NCBI GenBank assembly: GCA_040954595.2
Contig: CM082579.2
Span: forward strand, 10,715,625-10,779,624
Reading direction: 5' to 3'
DNA length: 64,000 nt
From: Balanoglossus misakiensis
Taxonomy: Eukaryota; Animalia; Hemichordata
Shown here: positions 35,361 through 47,300 of the stretch, one piece after another
Layout: each line of letters starts with the position of its first letter
How positions within the stretch are numbered: position 1 is the stretch's first letter
Program-made: the position numbers and the translations under genes
The notes under the pieces: generated by a model
Database searches by the model: none
Told to the model about the DNA's origin: nothing
What the model saw: the letters and a program-made list of their open reading frames with translations, nothing else

Positions 35361-38300
35361 TCAAACCTCTGGGTAGAAAGTGTCTTGGTCTTCCTCATCA
35401 ATGGAAGGACGTCTCTTTTTCTTCTTTCTTCGTTTTGGCTTGATCCCTGATTCTGGAAATTTGTCATCCTTAGCATCCAGATAAGTAGCGCCATCTTTTC
35501 CATACGATAAATTCTGGTACCTGATAATACATACAGAAAATAGCTGCATTAAGGGAATGATTTCTATGTTGAAGCATTAACCCGTGATACTAATTATTCC
35601 TTGGTTTAGGTGTAATGCATTCAGATTTTTTTACTCTAGAACCGCCAGACACCTAACATGTATGGTGCCTCATGGCGTTTCGTCTGCACTGTCTTTGTCT
35701 AGACCACGTTCTTGAAGTTGCCCGTCATCTGGAAATTTGAGCGCCACCGTAACTTCCGCCTGGGCGCGTCTGACGTACGTCATTTGATATCAGAGAATGG
35801 ATGAAAAAAATCACAGAAGAAAATCACAGCAGAATGAAATCCAAACTTCTTGCCTATTAGGTGCATCCAAAGCACACCCAAAACATCCCAAAGGTGACAA
35901 AATGCACCCACAACCAACCCATAAGTCACCCACTCAGAACAAGAGGTGAGTTTCTGGTGCAACTGGGAATACACCTGGGTTGTGATCCAGCTCAAGCACA
36001 AACCTTCGTGCATTGATAAGATTTCCATGACTAGATACGATCACTTGGAATGTATACAATACGAAGAAGTAGGTGAAACAACACCGCCAGATACTTTGGT
36101 ATTACTGACTGACATGTCAAGGTTCTCAGCTGTCATGATTGTCTTGCTGTTACTCTGTCATATTCCATTTCGTGCTCACTTTAAAGGCAATAGATCGTCT
36201 CACGCGCATGCGTGTAAATTCCATTCAAATATAGTTGACTGCCTTCGCTTCCTTCCATATTTCATGTGCACCGTATAAGTAGATTCTGGTTTTGTCCCTC
36301 CTTTTCACCCATGCTAGTGTCTTTTCCCGATCTCCGACACAGATTATGGTCGCCGCCATCTTGTCTGTTGTTAGGACAGAGCACTGCCTTACGGGATTGA
36401 CTGTTCACTAAACGTCTGTAACCAGCGGCTACAGCTGGAACATGCGTGTGAGACGAGCAATGATTAGACTACAAGTTGAGTTTTGAGGGCAAATTTCATC
36501 ACAACATGAAGAATCCTAGGTGAACCCTAACAGCTTCCCTACCAAATTTCAAAGCAATTGGATGTGTAGTTTGGGAGTGAAAAAAATGGAACAAAAAATA
36601 TCAAAAGGTGCCTCTCCCCCACCCTAATATGTAAATTTCACAACAATTTGAGCAAATCTATCTCAGGTTACCACCATATTTTCAGGATCAATGTCACTGC
36701 CAGAATTCAGGGCTGTTATACTCTCAACTGACCTTGACACTGAAAATTGACATGCAGAATCGTTTTTCCCTTTTCTCACAAATGCAACAGGGGCATATTA
36801 TTCCCTTTGGTAATTAAGTTAAAATTAAAGAGGAACGACACCCACAATTTTGGGCTTCAAAGTCCAAACCGGGTGTCAAAAACGGCAACGTTCCGATGGG
36901 TTAATTCACTTTCACTTCCTGCGCAAGCAGAAGACGCGAGTTGAAAATACTACTGTGACGTCAGCAACTTGCGTTGAAGTCGACGCGCAGGGCTCTTACA
37001 CGTTCGACGTGTCATTTCCAATAAACAGACACATTTTGCGCGGATCTGACATGGCGAAATGTCAAGTTCATGACTTTAAAAACATATTCGGAAAATCGAC
37101 GGGGATAAGTTTCTTTCAAAGGCAATGCTCTACGTGTATTGTATTTGTCGATGCGTGCAGACATAGACCCTGCAATGTCCAAGATGCCATGCATGTCGAC
37201 GTTTATGAACAAACCGTAAGGCCTATACAAAGTTGTTCTAACTGCCGCTGATAATAATAAACGTACCGTTTTAAATCCTTCCTGCACGTTTTTTGGTACA
37301 CGTATTTGGGTTTAATTTCCATTTATTGACGATCGCATAGTTATCAAATGAAAGCAACTAAAAAGGGCAGTTTTAATACATTTCAAGAGACGAAACATGC
37401 ATAGAATAACTATGGTATTGGCTTCCATTATACTACGGACGTACTACACCTGGAGAGCAGGACGATGCACCTTCGTTCTCTTCAACTCCATAAAAGGTGA
37501 CAAAGTATTTTTGTAAGAAAAGTGGTTCGAAAAGGTGACAACGAGGGAGAGACAACAAGGGAGTTTCACCCATGGAGTGTCTATGGTTTCACTGAAACCA
37601 CACCAAGTGTAAGCCTTGACAAACGGGACACATCGGAGATCAGAACTGCATGAACTTTTGTCCTCTGTAAAATTCAGTCGCTTGGTCGTAGAAGGGAATC
37701 TCTGGTTCAAAATTGTAGCCTACTACCCGAGAATATGTTGCCATGCTAACGTCGTCGGTCGCGTGAGTGCAGGCGTGTATAAGCATAGGCTCGCTCCAAC
37801 GCGTCGGCAGCGGACAACAGTTGCTGACGTCACTCACTTCCGGGTTCGCGCAGTTTTTGGCTGGCTGTAGCTCTGTTATGCGTAAGTGAAAGTGAATGAA
37901 ACCAACGTTTTTCATAGTACTTTTTAATCGCATTTCGCCGAATTGGCTCAAAAACGGATCACAACGTTCCACTTTAATGAACACTACGAAACATATCAAT
38001 CTGAGGATTAGATTCCAAACATAAACAGTGCTGTGCAATTATACATTACACATACTCACAGTTGTTTTTCACAGTTTTTTCTATAAATAATGTTTTCGGG
38101 TAAATCTTCACAAAGTTTAATTGTTTCTATGCTAAAATGACCAAAGCACAAACAAATCAGCATACAAATTTGCTTAGAAAATAGTCATTTCAGGAGGCAT
38201 TTTATAAAATGATGTGTCCAGTGGAATTAGTTGAATATATCACTGTTTCTGATGGCATATCAAACTGCAGTGTTTTTGTTAAGGGCGGTACCTAGGTAAA

Positions 38301-41300
38301 ATCTACCAGAGTTCCCCAGTCATTTTACCGGGGTTCCCCTGGGTGTATCAATGTAGTTATATTAGTGTAATATCCAAACGTGTAACAAAGCATACTTTTG
38401 GTATGGCCAGCTGCATTCTGTACATGTCATGCGCAGTACGTTATCTGCCCATGCGCAGTAGTTGTGTTGTTGTTAAAAAAGTTAACATGGCGAGTTGTTA
38501 GAAGACATACAACTGTGAATCAGTCTATTTGATTCATAGTCTGGGACATTACAATTAGGGGGTTGTAGAAATGTTACCGGGGTTCCCAAATCCATTACCA
38601 ATGTTCCCCAACCTTCGCAAAAACACTGAAACCGTGCATGCAAAACATATATGGTGGTAAATTAAACAGAAGCCATCATCCACACATAGATGATGAGAGA
38701 CCTTATAATTGATTAATGTGGAAACTCAATGATTAAAGAAGTTGACCATACCTTGCCAAATCATCGTCTGTAACCAGACTACTTGTCTTGGTTGGACTTA
38801 TGAAACTATCCGCATGTCTATCATACACAGGATACATTGCAGACACTGGTACACCAGAGCCAGTCAAAGACATTCCGTGAACTGCGATATCAGTTGCCAA
38901 ATGTGCTGTTGCCGTGGTTATCATGGGTTCACCTTCTTCCAGAGGCATAACCGGTGCAGTCTCCAGGATTTTAGTCACTTGATATCTTTCCTGAAGATGG
39001 TAGACACAATGGAATTGAAAGTTACATAACATAAATAATTTAATAACACAGTGTCAGTGAGCAGTCATCTTTCTTTTTTCTGTTTATTTCGGAGTGGGGT
39101 GTCTTGAAACCATCTGCATAACAGTGCATACCTGTACACGGTGAGTTGGGGCGCCTTGAAACTTAAGGCGTATTAAACACACGTTCCGTACGTACCGTTC
39201 CGTACGTTTCAATTTAGTGCATGGCAAATTCTAGTGTTCTCCTTGCCAGATGTATAATAATCAGTTTTATGTTAATCTTACCCTTCGCATGGACAGACTG
39301 ACATCTGTAGGCACATCAGGTATAATGTATGCAATAACGAATTTGATGGCAAATACTACATGCTGTGAAATAAAGCAGAAATATGTACATTATTGCTATT
39401 GAACAACAATATAACTAGAAAGCTGATTCTAGAACTCTCTGGCGAATTGACTGCTATAGAGTGCTTCTTACACACAATTTTGTTCGCAACTTTATTATTG
39501 GTGATGACAAGTTTGAATGAAATTAACTCCACTTTAATGGGCTAAAATCGCAACAATAAGAGTGTGACCTACCTCAAATATGATGACATACCAGAGTTTC
39601 CATGTCAGATCTAAATTATCTCTGCCCCAACTAGATGTAAACGCAATCAAGAAAGCATTAGTTACAACGCCCGCAATGTTCATAAATTCCAAAATGCCAT
39701 ACCACATGCCTGCAATAAAAATATGAAAACATAAATTAGAAAACATGTTGTTGTTGGTGTTACCACTGACAAAACTGTTTACCTTACAGATAGAGAGACA
39801 CAAGCAAGTAAACAGCTATGCAATAATTACAAACTCTACGAAGAGACTAAAGTTTGATCAATACAAAGACATAGTTGGTAAAGACATCTTACCAATATCT
39901 TGAGCAAGAAGCGCTACTGGTCTTCTGTTCGACCAGAGTAATCTCTTTGCGTCCACACGAATATCGCACAAATTTGTCAGCAAAGCGATGATTGGGGCTA
40001 ATGGTAATGAACATGAAAACAACTGCAGAAGAAACAAAAACAAAATCTTTGAATTTCTGGTTACATTTTAAGATAGCTTATTTAATTATTAATATGATGT
40101 CACCAAGATTAGTAGGACTGGCAGTGTTTGTTTGTTGTGCATCTGAATAAGAATGGACTTGAGTAACAGTGAGTTGGAGTCAAAACCAACCAAACTATAA
40201 ACTTTCAGAATCAAGCATTGCATGATCTACAATGGAAAACATTGCTAGAACTATATCTTCAAGATCCGTAGAACATGTATATAACAATGGTTGCCCTTTT
40301 GGTGACAGCGCAGTATGCAAATTTGATATAAAACCTCTCATAGCAAACTTTGAATATTTAGTAGCAGCGAATGATCACCAAGCATTTAGTGAGATGATTA
40401 TTTCACTTAAATATGCCAATTTTGCCCAAAGATGTCTTATAAGTTATATTCACAACCAAATACCCAACTGCACAGTTTATCACTTCATAATTGGACACAG
40501 GCTTTTTTTTTCAAACATGATTTTTACGTGGGATAAATCATGCAAGGTCAAGGGCCTACCCGCTTCTTTATACATATTGTTATGGGAGGCCCCGAATTTA
40601 ATTCCTATGACATACAAGTCCATTATTGCACCACACAGCAGAAATCTACAATCTTACCATCAGATATCCATATTGAATAATTTTTTCATTGTACTCCATC
40701 AATGTGAAGTCTCCAACAGGTGGACTCCTATCGACATCACCAACCGGAGGCTTTTGTCTTTCCTTTTCTAGGAAATCATTGATTTCAATACGTGTTGCAT
40801 CATTCTCTTTGTCTGCATCATCAACTTTGTTCTTCTTGCACTTTCGCACCAGTCTCTTCCAGACTTTCTTCAGCCACCTGAAATAAGTCAACAACTATTT
40901 GTAAATGAAAGTACAGGTACTTGTCTATACAGTGTCAAGTTGCAAGCTGGTCACCAAAACAAAATTATTTTGTCAGCACTATCATTTTATTGAGACAACG
41001 TTGAATATACGATGAACAAGTTGCACGTCAAAAGGAACGAAAATATGACCTGTGATGCAAATTAAGGATGTACGCACACGACGAGTGTGTGGAAATAAAC
41101 CGCGTCACTGACAGTAGCACTCAAATAATTGGTTCAAATAGAACACATAATTCCCCTACGCAGAATGGTCTTTTTCCATTACCTTTGCAAACAGCTGACT
41201 CATAATGTTGAAAATACTTAACACCTGATTTTAATATATTGTGCTCATTAGCAAACACTCCATTATTAATTTATCAATAAAGTACCATTAAAATGAGTAC

Positions 41301-44300
41301 TAGTTTCAGCCTCATGTCCTAGCTTCAAAATCCCATTTGATTTACTGATTGCGATGACACACTAGTAATAGAATTCCCAAATGAAACAAAAGTTACCTGG
41401 AAGTTGATCAGATGTTTGATACAGATTCTATGTTGTCATTTTGAACATGAAAATAATCACATGCTAGATACGCACAACGCAACTTCAAGTGATCAATTTC
41501 ATATTTAACATGACCGCCTCCTCATCAAACTTTAAATTTAAAGTCTTTTTCAAGCGGGAGATAAGCAGCATATTTGGAGTACAAACTATTTATAAATTCA
41601 AAACTGTTGTACAGAGAACATGTAATATGTACACGTATACCATGATAGCGGTGGTATATGTGAAATCCGATTACTTACGGTAATATAACATCTTTGAAAA
41701 ACTTTGGTAAAGGTTTCAGCAACATCAGAACTAACACTTGAAATGATAACATTGACATACAATTCCCATCGGTGCAGGTATCTTCATATTCGGGGCCCAA
41801 ATCCAAAATACCGCCGTCTGTAGTTTGCTGTGAAGAAGTGTCAAACGATAAGACAAACCATTTCTGATCATGTAACAGTACAGTGTAGCTGTAATTTTTG
41901 ATAATAATTTCAGTCTTTTACATTCTGTATTCTTCGGTTTATCATCACAGCATAAGTATACCAGACATGAAATAATGTTATTGTTGACATTTGAATTTTA
42001 GTCTTGACTATTTCAAATGTCAATAACAACATTGCTATTTTCACATGCTAAATTCTTGCCACTTAAGGTAGCTTGTGAGGTCCCTGTGAGTATATCATTT
42101 AAATTACTTTTCAATTCAAAATATTCCTTTCTTCACAGTCTGCTGAGGAGATGATAAGTCACGTCTTTGAGAAAATTGTGTTAAAATGGGAGTGTATGCC
42201 AACTTCCTGTCTTTAATTCTTTAATTACCATTTTCTCCATTTGTCCTTTGGACATGTTTCATTGTTTTTCAAAATCGTGTAACTCAAAAACCAAAGCCGA
42301 TTTAATATTCACAGACACACACACACAGACAGACAGACAAACAAACACACACACGTTGAATGAGATACTTACTTCTCTGAAGAATGCAATGTAATACAGT
42401 GATACATAACTATTGACGAACTGGAATGCAAAGATTTTGATGATCAATGCATCATCATATGATGTTTGGGTCCGATGATTCTCTGTGTAAAAAAAAAAAG
42501 TTAGATATAATTAAAAGCACCCATCACACACTAGCATTACCTCAACAAAAATTCCAAAACATGCCAGCAACATAATCTGATAAACACATTCATACAGCTA
42601 CATTCATTTTACCATACAGGAAAAAGAATATTCAAGTGAATTCTTTGGTCATGACCACTACTTTTTTTCAATATACTCACAGTATGAGGAATATGGAAGA
42701 AAATTTGAATAAGGAGAATGACCTTTGAACTTTGGTTGGACACTGTTTTCATTGGGTTGCCTACTTACATATCACCCACACTGAATGTACCAAGCTAACA
42801 AAAATCATAAAGATACCAAAATAACAAAACCTGTCTTACCCCAATCTGTCAATTTATAGGCCAGTATCTCATATATCTGTGGAAAATCAAAATAAAGTTA
42901 AAATCATCTGATTTTGTACGCAAATGAAATGGAGCAATCCATACTTGGCAGTTGAGGTTGATACGTTTAAAGGCAATAGGTCGTCTCACGCGCATGCGCG
43001 TAACTTCCCAGCAAATTTTCAGTTCGATGCATTCAAATAGTGGACTGCCTTCGCTTCCTTCCATATTTCACGCGCACCGTATAAGTAGATTCTGGTTTTG
43101 TCCCTCCTTTTCACCAAAGCTGGTGTCTTTTCACGATCTCCGACACAGATTATGGTCGCCGCCATCTTCTCTGTTGTTAGGACAGAGAACTACCTTATGG
43201 GATTGACTGTTCACTAAACGTCTGTAACCAGCGGCTACAGCTGGAAAATGCGTGTGAGACGAGCTAGGCGCTTTAAAGTGCAGCTAAATGTATGCAAATA
43301 AAGATTCAATATAACCGTTTGATATCTCGTGTGTTTCTCATAAATTCGCATAGTATTAATTTTCAGAACTATATAATAAGCTTATAAGCTGACTTCACAA
43401 GCTATGCTTTGCGATTCAACCCAAAACCATAACTACTTACCTTCCCCATAATCATAATTGACACAGAATTGAGTACTGATGATATTAATGTTGAGTAGAT
43501 GAATTCTTCAAGTGAACTGCTACTGAAGTTGACTCTTGCAATGACCCTATAGATGATTATACCAATAACACTGGCAACGACCAAACACACCTGAGGTATC
43601 AAAAACATAGAATTCATGTTTAACCCTAACACTGCCAAGTCAGTTGAAACTGGTTTGATTTCCAGGGTGCCTAGAATCCGGGCTCCCAGGCCCGTTAGGC
43701 TGCCAAGTGTGTGTTAATCAGTAGGGCCTATACAAGAACAATACAGTACAAACCAGAGCGATTTAGTACATTTTACAGGGGGCTCAGACTGCCAAGTGTG
43801 TCTAAGTACGTATGAGAGCCATGTCAAGACAGTCAAAATATGTTTTAGAAGAAAAAAGTGGCAAATATGTATTTTAAGGGACTTGACACTCTAAACAGGT
43901 ATGACACCCAGTAGCATTAGGGTTAAAGACATCATTTGTTTTCAAAAAGACGAATGAAGCAAGAGTAAACTGGTGAGCATTCACAAGCAAAAGTGGAGAT
44001 CATAGGTCACTTGTGTGCACGCAATTGGATAAAAACTTTACTAAAAATTCTTTTTACTAAATCTTAGTAAATATGCAAATTATCAATAAATTCTCGTGAA
44101 AATGGAATTTCTTCAAAGACCACCACTTGTGAATAACCCATTTACTTTCCCTTGGCAAAGACATTTTAAAGCTTTATGACAAACTGCATGGCCAGATTCT
44201 AGCCTACTGTCTTGGAATAAATAGCCAATCAGAAAATACAGTTATCTAAAAACATATTAGTAAAAATCGTTACTTTTGACACACAATCCTCTGCTTAGGG

Positions 44301-47300
44301 GCATATTTGAAACGAAAACCTGATTTGGCAAAGTAGGGGTTGTGAGAGATTTTACACACTATAGTACTTTGTTCATATGATTCTGTAACACACTTTAAAC
44401 TGCACAAACACATACACATACAAAACCTACCATAAATATAAGGATACCACAAGACATCATAAACTTGACAAATTGTCTGTAGAACGGATAATACCAATCG
44501 GGTAGTTCGGATACAGGGTCCTATCAAAATGACAGATTACAACGGACATAGTAAGTGAAATCCAGATGTAAGATGGAGCACAGAACGAAGACAACTGCAT
44601 GCAATCGTTGTAAATAGAGATAGAAATCTGCAAATACCTATGCATGCATTTATCGCTGTCTGTTTGTACTGTTTATGTGGCTTCTGCCATTCTTTGTAAA
44701 CTGCAGCTTGTCAGCCTGCGACACCGTCCTTATTATTCCATGGTTGAACTATTACAGTATGCATCCATGACGGTAATTGTTTTCATTGCTTTATTGACCA
44801 GAGGAGTTTTCACAACGTTACACTTCGTCTCTCTAATAATCATTCGCATACAATCAAACCGAATGTCAGCGCTGAGAACCTAAGGACTTGACAAAACGGC
44901 CTCCATCATGATACTTTGTAGAAAATCTGGTACAAGTCACTCGCAGTTCCCTGGCAATATTCCCAAAGTTCTGCTAAGAATCTCCTTGTAACGTCTGAAG
45001 GAGATTCTAGATTTGACAGTCGGTACAGATAATATAGTAAACTTACAATTCTTTCCTTTGTTCCATAGAATTGTGGTCGATCTGGTTCATTGTCTTCAAA
45101 TGAATCCACATCCCATTCATAGGCCAGTCTGGCATTCTTTCGTTTCCAAATCTCAAGGAAAAGAGTACCTGTGCGCATTTCAGAAAAATCAAATCCCAAC
45201 AAATGAACAAACATTCTACAAAATGTGTCCCACTTCTCATAGACTACCAACACTGATCTGTAAGTGTGTTATTGTTACCAACATTCTCTGTCAAAAATTA
45301 GCGTCGAGGACACTGTGCTCCAATTTGATCAGAATAGCTACATGAAAATGTGCCATACGTCATAAATGTGAGTTATGGTTGAATTCGTAATGAACACTAA
45401 ATGGTAGCAAATTCATTCACTCGACCATCGTGATTAACGTGGTAAGAACTCACCCCACAGACATATAACAATGCCAAAGTATGGTGTCACTGCATTGTCA
45501 AATGACTCCTTGACGATAGAAAATACATCAAGTCCAAGTTGTGTAACTCTGTGGGGATAAAAGAAAAGGGAATAGTTTATTCTGTGATCCTCAACATTTT
45601 ATCTTTTTTTTCTTTGGAAGGCTTGGGAGACATTTCTGTGCATTGTGTGTGTCTGATCTACGACTTGAACTCAAATTTTGCACAGTGACAATGCTGACTA
45701 TATGCATATATGTTTCATTAATAACTTGGATACTGGGCATTTCTTCATCATGCTTCAGGGATTTGAACAAGATTTCTTGAGCAAAATTTCTTGAGCATTG
45801 GTTAAGAGAATGATACTAAACTCACTCCTCTATCAGTGACGGGTCAGTGGGTCCTGTTCCATTCGTGTTATTAACCATTGTGTTGTTAAGTAGACGTTGC
45901 TCTTTGTACTCTTCAACACTGTAACAAAAAAGAAAGGCAATGAAAAATTTCTTTTGCATTGTCTCAGTTATCACATGTATTTCATGGTTAAGAGTCTCAA
46001 AGTTAGTCTCAAATTTACATTGAGAATCTAAAGCCCCAATATCTGCCAATTTTTGCATTATTTTCGTGATTTTACTTTCAACTTTAGATAGGGCCATCTT
46101 AAATTAGCTAGCTCGTGAGTATTCACAAACATATTATCAACCACTGATTGTGGCTGTACATTTAACCCTTTTACCACCAAGGTTCAGTCCTGACCCGTTG
46201 TTTCCTACAATATGGTAAGGTTGGACCTCTCAAGAGGGAACTGGGGGTAAAAGGGTTAAATATGAACAAGTTAAATAATAAATGGGTGCCAAACCACAAA
46301 ATTAAAATAGTGTCATTTGTTGACTAAGGATAAAAGCAAGATCAACATTTTGTTATCAATAAAAATGTTATGATAAAAGTGGCAGCTATTGGGATTTTAA
46401 AGTAAGAATAAACTTGAAAATGTAAAAAAAATACATCTTCAGTTAATTTGTATAATTAATGTAGTCATTGGCCAAGAGAAGGCCATATCCACAATTGTAT
46501 TATATCATGCTACCGTCCGCGATTCTGATTGGACGAGAGCGATGGTAAAATACTGTTTTACCACTGCTGGCAGTGGTAAAACGGGCCCCTGAACCAGCAT
46601 GCAGCAGGGAAAATGTGCGGTTAAACCACAGTCGCGTGGGATTAAACCAAATAAATAACATAAAAACACTTGAATTTACGGACTTTTATTTTGGAACTGC
46701 TCTGCTCTGAATATTTTGCACTTTTGTCACTTTTTGGCGTCTGCTTCATGTTGAATGCTCGATCCCGGGCCGCTCGCGTTTACATTCATCGTCGCTATGT
46801 TGGTTCACAATCGTGATTTCTCTCTCTGACGCCGTTTCGGTAAGAAAATGACACTGATATGCCACAAAAACAATTGTTGATATAATATAATAGCAATAAC
46901 CCCCGCCTCAGTCGGGTATACACTCGATTTGGGTACAATTCGCTCCATATAGCACTCGCCTGACGGCTCGTGCTATATGTCTCGAATTGTACCCAAATCT
47001 CGTGTATACCCGCCTGCGGCGGGGGTTATTGCTTAATTACCTGTATTTAAAGTACACTATTAGCAAGATTACAGATAGATTCTTCCACAATCATAACAAG
47101 AGTTGAGCAGAAACACTGTACAGCAACCCACCTGAGAAAGAGTCCATAACCTGTTATAGCCAATCCCAAGAGAGTAGGGATCCATAATGTGGTTATCAAG
47201 GTACCAGACCAGGCAAAATAGAATGCAATCTTCTCGCCAAAGTAATTCCTGATTTTCCAAAGCGGTTGAAATTTGGTGAATTTACACCAGGTGTCGGACA

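Noticed and set aside
35636-35790. CpG-rich stretch in the last anoctamin intron as an extra exon
   Set aside because: No convincing splice-site pair in a compatible phase; more likely a repeat fragment.
42952-43206. 84-aa ORF resembling 62649-62924(-)
   Set aside because: Both lie in MITE family C copies; no transposase motifs.
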